Shown here: in pieces, positions 23,933 through 34,720 of the stretch
How positions within the stretch are numbered: the first letter of the stretch is position 1
How the letters are laid out: each line of letters begins with the position of its first letter
Notes under the pieces: model-generated
The model's database searches: none
What the model was told of the DNA's origin: nothing
What the model saw: only the letters and a program-made list of their open reading frames with translations
Assembly: GCA_963823665.1 (NCBI GenBank)
Contig: CAWGMQ010000005.1
Location: 384,001 to 448,000 of the forward strand
Direction: 5' to 3'
Length of the DNA: 64,000 nt
From: an uncultured Planctomycetota bacterium
GTDB lineage: Bacteria; Planctomycetota; Planctomycetia; Isosphaerales; Isosphaeraceae
Made by a program: the position numbers and the translations under genes

Positions 23933-26557
23933 GTGGAACCGCAATTGAAGAATCTGAGCGACATCGACGGCGACTCCAGCGAAACCGCCGTGCGGAATGG
24001 GGGCGCGGCCGAATCAACGTCACCCCGGACACGAACGAAGCCCGAGCTGCTGGCGCCGGCAGGCGACATGTCGTGCATGATCGCCGCGATCGAAAATGGC
24101 GCGGATGCGATCTATTTCGGGCTCGAGCGGCATAACGCTCGGATTCGTGCTTCCAACTTTGAAGGCGCGCAACTGCACGACGTCATGGCCTTGTTGCACC
24201 GGCGCGGGGTGCGCGGCTACGTCACTCTGAACACCCTCGTGTTTCCTCGCGAGCTTGCCGAGCTCGAGGCTGCCGTGCGCGACCTGGCGACGGCGGGCGT
24301 CGACGCCGTGATCGTGCAGGACCTTGGCCTGGTCAGGCTGATCCGGGCCGTCACTGAAGACCTGGAGATTCACGCCTCGACCCAGATGTCGATTACGAGC
24401 GAGGCGGGCGTCGCACTTGCGCGCGAGCTGGGTTGTTCACGAGTGATTCTCGCCCGCGAGCTGGCCTTGCCCGAGATCAACCGCATTCTCGAGGCGATCG
24501 ACTTCCCGGTCGAGGTCTTCGTTCACGGTGCGCTCTGCGTGGCTTATTCCGGACAGTGCCTGACCAGCGAGGCCTTGGGCGGCCGGTCGGCAAATCGAGG
24601 TGAATGCGCGCAGGCCTGTCGCATGCCGTACCAGATCATCAGCGACGGCCAGCTCGTCGATCTCGAGAACATTCAATACCTCCTGAGCCCGCAGGACCTG
24701 GCGGCTTACGAGCTGGTGCCTCAACTGATCGAAATGGGCGTGACCTCATTCAAGATCGAGGGGCGCCTCAAGACCGCGGAGTACGTCGCCAACATCACGC
24801 GCCACTACCGGACGGCCATCGATCAAGCCTGGGCGGGCCGGCCTGTCTCGTTCACGCCGCGGGACGTGCAGGAGATGCAGCTCTCCTTCTCGCGGGGCTT
24901 CTCGCACGGCTTCCTGGACGGTACGAACCACAAGGTGCTCGTGCGCGGCGACCATGCCAAGAAGCGCGGGATCTTGCTCGGCGAGGTGGAATCGATCACC
25001 CGGACGGGTGTTCAACTCACGGCCGAAGTTCCCATCAAACCCGGTGACGGCGTCGTCTTCGACGGCGACGAATCGACCGTCCGAGCCGAACAGGGCGGGC
25101 GCGTCTATCAGGTCGTTTGCGCCGGGCCGCACGGAAGATCGCTCGCGCCCGATGCCGATGCCGGTCCGGGCGAGACGGGTGCGCTCGAGCTGCGATTCGG
25201 GCGCGGCGATATCGACCTGCTCGCGCTCGAGCAGGGCCAGCGGGTCTGGAAGACCGACGACCCCGAGCTGAGCCGCCGGCTGCGGCGGTCGTTCGAAGGA
25301 CCACCCTCGCGCACGGTCGGGCTCGACATCGAAGTTCACGCCGTGACGGGCGAACCGCTTTCCATCGTGGGTCGCACATCGATCGGGGGCCACGCCAGCG
25401 CCCGGTGTGACGCGCCACTGGCGGCGGCCCAGACCAGCCCGGCCGACCGTGCATTGTTCCAGGAGCAACTCGGACGGCTTGGGGGCACGATCTATGAGCT
25501 GCGCGGTCTGACAGCGACGATTGCGGGGGGACCGATGGTCCCCAAAAGCCTGCTGAACCAGTTGCGCCGGGAGCTGGTCGCCCAGCTCGATGGAGCGGCG
25601 GTCGGGCCGGCTCACACCATATCGCCGGCTCCGGCCTTACCGCGGCTGCTGGAGCCGATCCTGGCCGAGCGCGCTCGCCAGATCCACTCGGAAAAGCATG
25701 ATCAAGCGGCAATCGAGCTCGCCGTCCTGTGCCGTCGGACGGAGCAGATCGAGGCAGCCCTTGGGCTGGGTATCTCCACGATCTATGCCGATTATCAGGA
25801 CATCAAGCAATACGCGGCGGCGATTGACACGATGCGGCGCGGTGGGCACGGCGGCCGGAAGATTTACCTGGCCACGCCGCGCATCGAAAAGCCGGGCGAG
25901 TCGAATATCTTCACCCACCTGGCTCGCCAGGGCGCTGACGGAATGCTCGTGCGCAACGCCGGTGGCCTGCGCTACTGCATCGAGCATGAAATCCCGTTCG
26001 TGGCCGACTTCTCGCTCAACGCAGCCAATCCTCTCTCGGTCGAGCTGCTCAAGTCCCGGGGCGCACTGCGCGTGACGGCATCCTACGACCTGAGCGCCGA
26101 CCAGCTTTTCGACTTGCTCGATGCGACGCCGCCCGAGTGGCTGGAGATCGTCATCCATCAGCAGGTTCCCATGTTTCACATGGAGCACTGTGTCTTCTGT
26201 GCGTTCCTTTCGCCGGGAACGGATGCGACCAATTGCGGGCGCCCCTGCGACACCCACGATGTGAAGCTGCGCGACCGGGTGGGCGCGGAGCATCCGCTCA
26301 AGGCGGACGTGGGATGCAGGAACACGCTGTATAACGCCGTGCCCCAGACAACGGCCGAGTATCTGCCGCGCTTGAAGAAACACGGCGCGAGATTCGCGCG
26401 GGTCGAGCTACTCGATGATGAGCCAGAAGCGGTGAAGCGAGTGATCACGCTTTATCAGGAAGTGATCGCCGGCCGCCGCGACGGCAAGTCACTCTGGCGC
26501 GAGCTGAAGGGGACGAATCAGTATGGGGTTACTCGCGGAGCGCTGGCGGTGTTGTGA
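23933..26557 (+). CDS. U32 family peptidase-like protein with DUF3656 (RlhA-like RNA hydroxylation factor)
   Basis: KPELLAPAG, GADAIYFG, HASTQMS, EVFVHGALCVAYSGQC, RSANRGECAQACR and FKIEGRLK; second U32-like domain with HCVFC. Confidence 0.9.
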   Translation: MEPQLKNLSDIDGDSSETAVRNGGAAESTSPRTRTKPELLAPAGDMSCMIAAIENGADAIYFGLERHNARIRASNFEGAQLHDVMALLHRRGVRGYVTLNTLVFPRELAELEAAVRDLATAGVDAVIVQDLGLVRLIRAVTEDLEIHASTQMSITSEAGVALARELGCSRVILARELALPEINRILEAIDFPVEVFVHGALCVAYSGQCLTSEALGGRSANRGECAQACRMPYQIISDGQLVDLENIQYLLSPQDLAAYELVPQLIEMGVTSFKIEGRLKTAEYVANITRHYRTAIDQAWAGRPVSFTPRDVQEMQLSFSRGFSHGFLDGTNHKVLVRGDHAKKRGILLGEVESITRTGVQLTAEVPIKPGDGVVFDGDESTVRAEQGGRVYQVVCAGPHGRSLAPDADAGPGETGALELRFGRGDIDLLALEQGQRVWKTDDPELSRRLRRSFEGPPSRTVGLDIEVHAVTGEPLSIVGRTSIGGHASARCDAPLAAAQTSPADRALFQEQLGRLGGTIYELRGLTATIAGGPMVPKSLLNQLRRELVAQLDGAAVGPAHTISPAPALPRLLEPILAERARQIHSEKHDQAAIELAVLCRRTEQIEAALGLGISTIYADYQDIKQYAAAIDTMRRGGHGGRKIYLATPRIEKPGESNIFTHLARQGADGMLVRNAGGLRYCIEHEIPFVADFSLNAANPLSVELLKSRGALRVTASYDLSADQLFDLLDATPPEWLEIVIHQQVPMFHMEHCVFCAFLSPGTDATNCGRPCDTHDVKLRDRVGAEHPLKADVGCRNTLYNAVPQTTAEYLPRLKKHGARFARVELLDDEPEAVKRVITLYQEVIAGRRDGKSLWRELKGTNQYGVTRGALAVL

Positions 26558-26589
26558 ATCGACAAAAGGAACTGTTCGAGACGACCCTC

Positions 26590-26814
26590 ATGATCAAAAC
26601 TTTGACTCCCATCGGCGACGGACTGGGATTTGTCATCGATCGATCCCTCCTCGATGAGCTTCACATCGGTCGTGATACGCCGTTGCGCATCACGTCCGAT
26701 GGGAAGGGATTCTACGTCGAGCCGCTTCCAGCGGAAGAGCGAAGCAAATTCGTCGAAGCCGGGCTACGGATGATGGATGTACACGAAGAAGCCTTTCGCA
26801 GGCTCGCCGAATGA
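26590..26814 (+). CDS. AbrB/MazE-like antitoxin
   Basis: MIKTLTPIGDGLGFVIDRSLLDELHI; C-terminal HEEAFRRLAE; ATGA overlap with the Doc gene. Confidence 0.85.
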   Translation: MIKTLTPIGDGLGFVIDRSLLDELHIGRDTPLRITSDGKGFYVEPLPAEERSKFVEAGLRMMDVHEEAFRRLAE

Positions 26815-27200
26815 ATGTCGTTTTCCCGTCGCTTGCGGACGTCCTGGAACTTCATTCTGCGGCGCTGGAACGTCACGGAGGAGCGGAGGGCGTACGCGAT
26901 GCCCATTTGTTGGAATCAGCACTGGCCCAGCCGATCGCGACTTTTGGCGGGCAGCTTCTACACGCGGACCTGTTCCTCATGGCAGCCGCTTATCTATTTC
27001 ATCTGGTGAAGAACCATCCGTTCGTGGATGGAAACAAGAGGACCGGATTGGCCGCGGCGTTGGCATTCCTCGATGTGAACGGCGTGACGATCGATCGCGG
27101 AACAGACGAGCTTTTCGAGATGACGATCGGCGTTGCTGAAGGACGCTTGACGAAAGACGACATCGCCGTGATTCTCCGCCGGCTGGCACACGTGGCTTAG
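26811..27200 (+). CDS. doc: Fic/Doc family toxin (death-on-curing)
   Basis: GVRDAHLLESALAQP and the Fic motif NHPFVDGNKRT. Confidence 0.93.
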   Translation: MNVVFPSLADVLELHSAALERHGGAEGVRDAHLLESALAQPIATFGGQLLHADLFLMAAAYLFHLVKNHPFVDGNKRTGLAAALAFLDVNGVTIDRGTDELFEMTIGVAEGRLTKDDIAVILRRLAHVA

Positions 27201-27293
27201 GAGACTCTAAGCCCCCCGCGAGTTGAGCATTGTACGTCTAGGGCGAGCGATGATACGACCGCGCGCCTCCGCGACAGGAACAGCCGCGAAGGC

Positions 27294-29805
27294 CTATCGT
27301 TGCGGCTCGTAACAGGCCGGATCGCTCGAACTGTGCCCCGCGCGGACCGTCACGCAAGGGCTTTCTTCGATCGCGAAGCGGTGGTGGCACGAGGGGCAGG
27401 CCAGGGTGGGTCGGAGCCAGAGACTCTCGAGCTGCTCGCCGCAGGTCGGGCAGGTCACAAGGAGCGACTCGCCGAGCCGCCGGTCGACGAACGGCCGCCA
27501 GTGCCGGGAATCTTCCCGGCTCGCCATGAATTTGAGCATCTGACGGCCATCCGACGTCAAGTACCACGTCTCGCCGGCGTTGTGGATCCACCCGGCGTCT
27601 TTTGCTTTGGTGACCGCCAGACGGCCCGGATCGAGTGCATCGATGCCCACATCGGGAAACTGGCCGCCCGCTTCGAGGAGCCGGAACAAGAGCGAGTGCG
27701 TCCGGATCCACTCCAGCTCATCGGGGCCAAGCGCCTGCAAGCGGCGGACGATCACGGCAGCCAGCGGGCCACTGAGTGTCGGTTCTGCCGCGAGCGCCTC
27801 CAGGACGGAAAGCGGCAGCTCGGGTAAAGCCGGCATGGGCGCTTTGGAGCGAGATCGAACGGCCCAGAGCAGGCCGATTGCGGCCGCGCCGACCAACGTG
27901 CCCCAGAGCCATTCCCACGGAGATGGTCCGCCCGGCAATTGAGGTGACGTGCGTCCGGAAGAAGACGATTTCACGTCGACAAGGTCTGGGCGCGCCGCGG
28001 GCGGCGCGGTGCCCTGCGGTGCGACCGAGCGCCAAGCGCCCAGAGACGCACCAAGTCGTCGGCGCCGCGGGGCATGTTGGCGTGGCTCTCGTCCTCGGTG
28101 ACGAGGGAAAGCATCGGCGCCAAGGCGAAGAGTGCCACGCCGTCGCTGCCGGAGCGCATCGAGTCGAGCAGGCGCCCGAACTCGCCCAGGCTCATCGGCG
28201 AATGCGATCGATCCTCGTACGCCTGAATACCATGCCAGACGGGCGTGAAGCCAGACCGCCAGCGGGCCGAGATCTGGACGGCCCGCACCCAGTTTACGGG
28301 CTCGCATTCGAGCTGGTGGTAGGCCATGGGCGCGACGAAGTCGAGCAGCGGCGCCAGCTTGCGGTAGCTCTGGCCGTAGAGCTCCACCCCGTCGAAGTTG
28401 ATCGCCCCTTCAGGCTTCAAGGCCGCCGAGACGATCACCCCCTCCTGCCATTTGCGAATCGCCGTGGCAAATTCCTCGGTCAGGTCGTGAATCAAGTCGG
28501 CGCGGTAATCGAACCAGACGGCCTGGGTGTCGCACTGGTCGATCAGCTCCAGACCGAAAGGCCAGTTGACCGACGCCCTGCGCGACAGCTCGTTCCGGCA
28601 CGCCGGGCAGTGGCAAACATCTGCGCTTGGGAAGCGAATGTGATCGAAGTGGATCCCGTCGACGCCGTAATTCTCGAGCAGGTTCTTGAACGTGGCCAGG
28701 AATTCCTTCCGCCATGCGGCATTGGTCGGGCACACCCATTGGTCGGAGCGCACACCGTTTGAGTCGACCATGCCCCATTCCGGATGTGTCTTCAGTCTCT
28801 GCGGGTCGAAGCAGATCGGGAACCAGGCGTGAACGCGCATGCCGGCGCGGTGGGCCTCGTCGATCATGCCCTTGAAGAACGCATCGTTTTCCCGGCCCGC
28901 GCCGAAAAGCGCACCAGCGTATGAATCATACGCCTTGACCAGCAGGTCCGTCAGGCCGATGCGCCGCGCCGGGCCCACCAGGTCTTCCGGGTCGTAAACC
29001 GTCGCATCCACGTCGACCCATGCCGCACGGCGCACGACCGGCACATTCTCCGCTTCGCGCAGCCATTCGCGGAAACACGTCCAGTCTGCTCCGGCCTCCT
29101 CGAGGTGGTCGAACAGTTTCTTGAAGACGGCCGCGTGAGCGGCCGCCACATGGGGGTGCAGCAGAATCACGAGCGGGCGGCCGGACATACGATGCTCGTT
29201 GTAGAGCTTGAGGAGAAAGCCGACGACTTCGTCGTCGCTCAAGTGATTGCCGTCGAGCAGGTTGTAATCGCCGGCGACGGTGACGCGCCCCTTGAACAAG
29301 CCATCGGAGATCGGGAATTCGAGCAGCGACGCATCGCTGTTGTCGCCATGGTTGCTTTCCCACGCGGACGACTGATAGCGAAAGCCAAGCTGGACCAGGG
29401 CTTCGCGAGTCGCGTCGTTCGATTCCAGATAGGCGCGCGGAAGCCGAGCGGAAAGATACCCGTTGCCCTGCGGACGGCTTCCGCCGAGTCACGAATCTCG
29501 GCGAACTGCTTGGCCGCGTCGAGCGCCAGCATGTGCGGATGGGTCATTGTATGGCAGGCGATTTCATGCCGCTGCGCCCACTGCTTGACATGGTCTGGGT
29601 GGGCCTGCGCGAATTCCCCGGTCACGAAGATCGTACACGAGCCCGGCGGGTTGAGGGCATTGAGCGCCGCAATGTCGGCCTCGATCTCGACGTCAAATGT
29701 CACGAGGACGGGACACTTCCGGGCGGGCTCGCCGGCCCCGGCCACGGGGTGGCCGACGATGAGCGCGAGGGAGAAGACCAGAAGGAATCGCCGGTCGTTA
29801 ATCAT
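27294..29805 (-). CDS. Probable single protein: polysaccharide deacetylase + GHL10 glycoside hydrolase-like + TM + wHTH-like + Zn ribbon (frameshifts near 29430 and 28030)
   Basis: Signal peptide; LVTFDVE, HEIACHTMTH, GFRAP (NodB); AHRAGMRVHAWF, YGVDGIHFDHIRFP, LDFVAPMAY (GHL10); TM WLWGTLVGAAAIGLLWAV; CPTC...CPSC. Confidence 0.65.
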
Positions 29806-29949
29806 GCCAGGTCTTGGGACGATCACCTCGACCCTCTAGCGCGAAACGGCAGTCTCGCTCATCCGCGCGCGGTGGAATCGCCCGCTGAAAGGACTAACGG
29901 ATCGACCCCGTTCAAATTCGCGCGAAAACCTGGGGACATGACCCGAATC

Positions 29950-32313
29950 TTATTGAGAATCTGGGAAAGGACGGCCAGCTCCGCGATCGAGGGGGGCTGT
30001 GGCGAGTGTCGGATCGAGCGAGACAGCGCGGGTGTAGTTGCGCTCAGCATCGGCAGTGTGACCCAGGGCGGCATGGGCGAGCGCGCAGTTGTAGAAGCAC
30101 TCGGCGCGATCAGGAGCAAGTGCGATGCAGATCCGAAACGCGCTCAAGGCGTCATCGTAGCGGTTGAGGCGGAAGGCGCAGACGCCTTGATGAAAGTTCG
30201 GCCAGAAGTCCTGCGGCTGGAGGGCGAGGGCCTGCTCGAATGCTTTCTCAGCCTGCGCGAGGTCGCCGGTTGCGAGCAGGAAGCGGCCCGCAGCGGCGTG
30301 CTCCCAGGCGGTTCGAGGCTTGAGGCGGGCAGCGCAGTCGCCCGCGGCATCGGCGAGGCTCGAGAGGCCGAGTGCTTCAGCGTGCGCCTGCCGCGCACGG
30401 TGAAGAATGTGGCTCTCTGCGAGCAAAGCCTCGGCTTCATCGAGAAGCTCGAGTCCTGCCCGATGGGCCACGCGCGTGAGCTCCGGGTCGCTCTCCAGGC
30501 GCACGCGAAGGTTCGACCGGATGATCGCCATTTCGAGCAGGTCGTCACGGAGCCGCTGCTCGAGCGCTGGTTCGAGAGGCGTTCCTGGTTGCTCGAGGAG
30601 CGAGCGGCGCGCATCCCAGAGTGCCCGGCAATGCCGCTCGAATTCGTTCGCGGGGAAGACAGGATTGTTGACGGCCGCTTCGGCGAATCGGAGGCGATCG
30701 ACCAGGCGATGGAGGCGGTCGGCGTTCTCCGAGCGGTCGGCCAGGCGGAGCGCCGCGGCTAGATCTCGCGATATCCTCTCGCTGCCGGGGAGGCCCTCGA
30801 CCAGGGCCGCGCCGCGAGTGAGCGAGCGAGCTGCCTCGGGATAGTCGCGGCGATGCAGCAGGAGCGTGCCTTCCTCTAACGCCCGCGCCGCGCCCTGGAA
30901 GCGTGGCTGGAGGAAGACGGCCCAGACGATGGTGGCGATGATCACGGCAGCGCACGCCGCAACGAGCAGAGTCTTCATCCGGAACAGTTCGTAAGGCTGG
31001 CGTCGGCACCACTTCCGCCATCGCTCGGCCAGGCTCCGGCTCGAAACGCCGCGCAGGGGCTGGTCGGCCATATGTCGCCTCAGGTCATCGGCGAGCGCGG
31101 CGGCGTCGGGATAGCGACCGTTCGGGTCGATCGAGAGGCACTTACGGATCAGCTCTGCGAGCTCAGGCGGCACGCCGGGCGAGAACCGCCAGGATTGGGG
31201 CGGCTGCACTCCCTCGGCCGGAACAGCCTCTGCGCCGAGCATCAAGGCGAAGACACGCCCCAGCGAGTAGAGATCGGATCGGGCGTCGACCGCTGCGGGG
31301 ATCGTCCGTCCCGAACGGATCGCCGCGACCGCGGACGCCTGTTCCGGCGACATGTAGCCGGGCGTGCCCCCCAGCCCATCGGCGTGGGGTAGAGCGATAG
31401 GGATGGGTTCTCTGGCGAGGTGGAAGTCGAGGAGCATCGGCTGGCCGTCTGCCGTCACGAGGATATTGGACGGCTTGACGTCCATGTGCACTAAACCGCG
31501 CTCATGGGCATACTGAAGCGCGTCGGCCAGCGAGGCGACGGTCCAGCAGACCGCCCGGACATATGAAGTTTGTGCCAGGAACCGCCGCGCCGGGCTCGAG
31601 GCGCACTGCGGCCAGGGGCGTGCCTGCTGCTCCTGGTCGAGGACATCGAGCAGCGACTGTCCGCACCGGCGGTCTGCCGGCACGGTCTTGAGCCCCGTGA
31701 GGATCCGAGCGAGGGTCGTCCCGCCGAGATAGGGCATGCAAAGAGCACGGAGCCGCCTGGAGGGAAACTCATGCTCACTGTAAAGCGGCATGATGTGGGT
31801 GTGCTGCAGTCGTGCCAGGCAGAGGTGCTCGACATGATCGTCCGATGTGACCTTGAGGACGATCTGGCGATAGGAGAGCGATGGTTGAGCCGCCAGGAAA
31901 CAGCGCCCGCGCGCGCCCCGGCCGAGCTCGACCAGGAGGAGGAAGTCGCCCAGGGTTTCGCCGGCCTCCGGGAAGTCGGGCGGGCCGGGTACGGCGCCCA
32001 GAAGGCGATCGCAGTCGAGGACCACTTCCAGCTCGGTGCGCCACTGGGGGAATCGTTGCACCAGCTCCGACAGCGACGGTTCCTGGCCTTCGCCCCGACG
32101 AAGGCAGACTTCCTCATAGATCAATCGGATCGCCGCGTCTGGTTGCGCGTAGAGGGGCGGATGACGCTTGAGAAATACCTCGGCCGGCTGCCGTTGCCCA
32201 CCGGCCCACGCCGCCGCAAACTCTTCGACCAGGCGCGTCACGGAGCCGGCCTCGCGGCTGCGCGAGAGCAGCTCGCCACCGGAATAGAGCGGCAGGGCGC
32301 TCTCGCCCGTCAC
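29950..32313 (-). CDS. Ser/Thr protein kinase with TM helix and C-terminal TPRs (start uncertain)
   Basis: LGRGARG, IVLK, HMDVKPSNIL, DFHLA, GTPGYMSPEQ, DLYSLG; TM LLVAACAAVIIATIVWAVF; TPR repeats. Confidence 0.9.
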   Translation of the reverse strand: MTGESALPLYSGGELLSRSREAGSVTRLVEEFAAAWAGGQRQPAEVFLKRHPPLYAQPDAAIRLIYEEVCLRRGEGQEPSLSELVQRFPQWRTELEVVLDCDRLLGAVPGPPDFPEAGETLGDFLLLVELGRGARGRCFLAAQPSLSYRQIVLKVTSDDHVEHLCLARLQHTHIMPLYSEHEFPSRRLRALCMPYLGGTTLARILTGLKTVPADRRCGQSLLDVLDQEQQARPWPQCASSPARRFLAQTSYVRAVCWTVASLADALQYAHERGLVHMDVKPSNILVTADGQPMLLDFHLAREPIPIALPHADGLGGTPGYMSPEQASAVAAIRSGRTIPAAVDARSDLYSLGRVFALMLGAEAVPAEGVQPPQSWRFSPGVPPELAELIRKCLSIDPNGRYPDAAALADDLRRHMADQPLRGVSSRSLAERWRKWCRRQPYELFRMKTLLVAACAAVIIATIVWAVFLQPRFQGAARALEEGTLLLHRRDYPEAARSLTRGAALVEGLPGSERISRDLAAALRLADRSENADRLHRLVDRLRFAEAAVNNPVFPANEFERHCRALWDARRSLLEQPGTPLEPALEQRLRDDLLEMAIIRSNLRVRLESDPELTRVAHRAGLELLDEAEALLAESHILHRARQAHAEALGLSSLADAAGDCAARLKPRTAWEHAAAGRFLLATGDLAQAEKAFEQALALQPQDFWPNFHQGVCAFRLNRYDDALSAFRICIALAPDRAECFYNCALAHAALGHTADAERNYTRAVSLDPTLATAPLDRGAGRPFPDSQ

Positions 32314-32377
32314 GAAGCCTGTTGGTCTTTCATCGTGACGATCCAAGTCGTGGTCCCTCTTCGTCCGAGCGCGCCTT

Positions 32378-32971
32378 TCAGGTGGTTTCGATCGATGAGC
32401 GGTGGAGCGCCGGGCGCTCGAAGGCAACCCGACACGCCAGGTCGTGGAAGATGCGGTGCACGCTGCCGACATGAAGGCCGGTCCGGCGGGCGATTTCGGC
32501 CACGGGTGTGCCGCGCATCCGGAGCCGCACAATCTCCTGGTGCGCGGCGGGGCACAGCGCCAGCATCCGCTCGAACAGTTCCTGGGCTTGCACGTGCTCG
32601 CTGGGGCTGGGCAGTTGCGAGACCGGCTCGTGCTCCCGCGGCAGCTCGACGAGCGGGCGCTCCCGCGCGACTGCGGTCCGATGACGGCGGAGATGGTCAA
32701 TGAACCGATGACGGGTCAATTTGACCAGAAACGCGCGGAGATGGGCCTCGTCAGCGAAGCGCCAACCAGCCTCTCGGAAGCCGCGCAGCACGTCGGCCCA
32801 GACCGACTGCACGACATCCATCGAGTCGAACTTGGCCCGCAGCCGTCCCGGCAGTTTCTTGCGCACCACCATGCGAAGATACGGCTCGAATGCCAGGAAG
32901 ACCTGCTCTGCCGTGGCCGGATCGCCACTGCATAGTTTTTCGAGCAGGGAATCCAAAGGTTGGATCGTCAT
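32378..32971 (-). CDS. ECF sigma-70 factor, planctomycete kinase-associated type
   Basis: YLRMVVRKKLPGRLRAKFDSMDVVQSV, LRAFL and EIVRLRMRG..VAEIARRTG; ATGA overlap with the upstream gene. Confidence 0.9.
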   Translation of the reverse strand: MTIQPLDSLLEKLCSGDPATAEQVFLAFEPYLRMVVRKKLPGRLRAKFDSMDVVQSVWADVLRGFREAGWRFADEAHLRAFLVKLTRHRFIDHLRRHRTAVARERPLVELPREHEPVSQLPSPSEHVQAQELFERMLALCPAAHQEIVRLRMRGTPVAEIARRTGLHVGSVHRIFHDLACRVAFERPALHRSSIETT

Positions 32972-34047
32972 GGCAACCCCAGGGGCCAAGGACCGACCGG
33001 GAAGGGCCCGTGCCCCCGACCAGCGGACGACTCCACAATCAGCGAGCGGCGGAACAGCGGGCGGCCTCGGCGCGACGCCCTGCGTGCCACAACCAAGGCG
33101 CCGGCAGCGCCAATCCAGGCAAGCCACAGCGACCGCGACGGACGACCGTGCGCGGAGCCTGCCAGGCCGCCGAGTCGGGCGAGGAATTGCCGCAGCTCTC
33201 CGTCGACTGCCTCCCAATCGGCATTGACGGCGGCATCCAGAAGCTCAGGCGAAGAGAAGACAAGGGACGCCGCCGAGAAGACGAGCGAGCGCGATTCGTC
33301 GCCGCGGAGGCCGGAAACCGCTCGCGATTCTCCCGGCGAGAATATGGACCTGTCAAGCACCAGGACGACTGTGCCGGAGGAACCCGTCGGTGCCGGGGAT
33401 TCTGCCGCGCCGAGCCCCAGATCGGCGTCGAGCGCGGCCGAGTCACCGAACGCGTTGGCCGCGGAGGTGACCAGCGACATCGCGCCCTCGGGCACTGACC
33501 CGACGGCGGAAGCCACGGCCGCGGAATCGGACACGTCGCCACCGCTTGCGCCGAAGAGCAAGTCGGAGCCATTCTGTGCGCCTTCGAAGGCCGGCTCGTG
33601 CGACCCAAGATCGGAGCTTCGCGACTCCGTGGGGGCAGAATCCAGCAGTTGTCGCTGCGGAGACTTCTTCGCGTTTGACCGCCGAACGATACCATTCGTG
33701 CTCGAACTGATGGCGACGCTGGCAGGGGAGGCCGGTGGATTGGCGCTCGTCACGTTGACGGTAAGGGCGCGCGCACCAGCAACCAGGCTATTTGCCGGCT
33801 CGGTCTCCTGAGAAGTGCTGGCGCCATCTGGTTGGACCAATGCGGGCGCGACGACCACGACGGCTTTCTGGTCGACGACGAGAACCTCCACAGGCGTCGA
33901 CCGGATCGGCGACACGACGCTCAGCAAATGCCTCCCCTCGAGCATTTCAATCGCCGCGGCACGGACCCGGGAGTGACGGCGCTGCAGCCTCCTGGACTTC
34001 TCGCAATGGGCCAACCCTGTGATCCAATCGGTTCGCACGTTCGTCAC
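32968..34047 (-). CDS. Exported Ser/Ala-rich protein with planctomycete export motif and C-terminal TM anchor
   Basis: IEMLEGRHLLS near the N-terminus; WLAWIGAAGALVVA followed by RRASRRGR. Confidence 0.7.
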   Translation of the reverse strand: MTNVRTDWITGLAHCEKSRRLQRRHSRVRAAAIEMLEGRHLLSVVSPIRSTPVEVLVVDQKAVVVVAPALVQPDGASTSQETEPANSLVAGARALTVNVTSANPPASPASVAISSSTNGIVRRSNAKKSPQRQLLDSAPTESRSSDLGSHEPAFEGAQNGSDLLFGASGGDVSDSAAVASAVGSVPEGAMSLVTSAANAFGDSAALDADLGLGAAESPAPTGSSGTVVLVLDRSIFSPGESRAVSGLRGDESRSLVFSAASLVFSSPELLDAAVNADWEAVDGELRQFLARLGGLAGSAHGRPSRSLWLAWIGAAGALVVARRASRRGRPLFRRSLIVESSAGRGHGPFPVGPWPLGLP

Positions 34048-34481
34048 TTCCCGGCCAAGGAAAGCCTCCGTGCCAGTGGCGCGAGCACGTCATCCCCGAG
34101 GACTCAGTGCATCGAACTGCATTGTTTACGGTCCATGTACGAGGAATCGTCGAATCGTCGGTGATCTTGGCCGCCCATGCGCAAGCCCGAGCGGCACTGC
34201 CCCGGCCGCAACTTTCTCCCGAGCCGCGAGCGCCGGCGCAATCCCGCATTTTGAGTATACTCGCTTTCTTGATCGGACGGCAAGCGAACGGACGGCGCAC
34301 TCGGGCGTTCGCGACCAAGACACAATTGCCGCCTTCAGGCCGGTGGATTTTCGCGGATTCGGGGATGTGAATCTCGACAACCAGGCTGATCTCGATTGCT
34401 GACGGGAAGAGGTTCCCGACACTTTTGTTCCTTGGCGATGCATTTGTAATCCTGCGTCCCTGTGTTCTCCGAGCGCCCGTT

Positions 34482-34510
34482 TTGACCAAATCGTAACGCT
34501 TGATTATCAT
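34482..34510 (+). promoter_or_regulatory. Possible sigma70 promoter, TTGACC-N17-TATCAT, upstream of the ABC-F gene
   Basis: 5/6 matches at both -35 and -10, 17-nt spacer, about 210 bp before the ATG at 34721. Confidence 0.35.
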
Positions 34511-34720
34511 TGTGCAAACGCGACGTTGTCATCTCGCTGCCGGGGCTCGCACTGGGCGCCGGCTTTTTTCGTAGCGGTGCCAACGATTCGAGCTGAGTTG
34601 AACTGTCGCGCCAGGCGCGCCTGGCCGCGGAGCTTGGTGCCGGTGCGGGGTCGCGGAGTCTGGCGCTTGACAAATGGCGCCCGAGAGCGGGCGTGTCTCT
34701 TCAGGGAGCTTGATTGATCA

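Noticed and set aside
32314..32700. Apparent ECF-kinase fusion in the 916-aa ORF
   Set aside because: The upstream part is an out-of-frame overlap with the ECF gene, which has its own stop at 32378.
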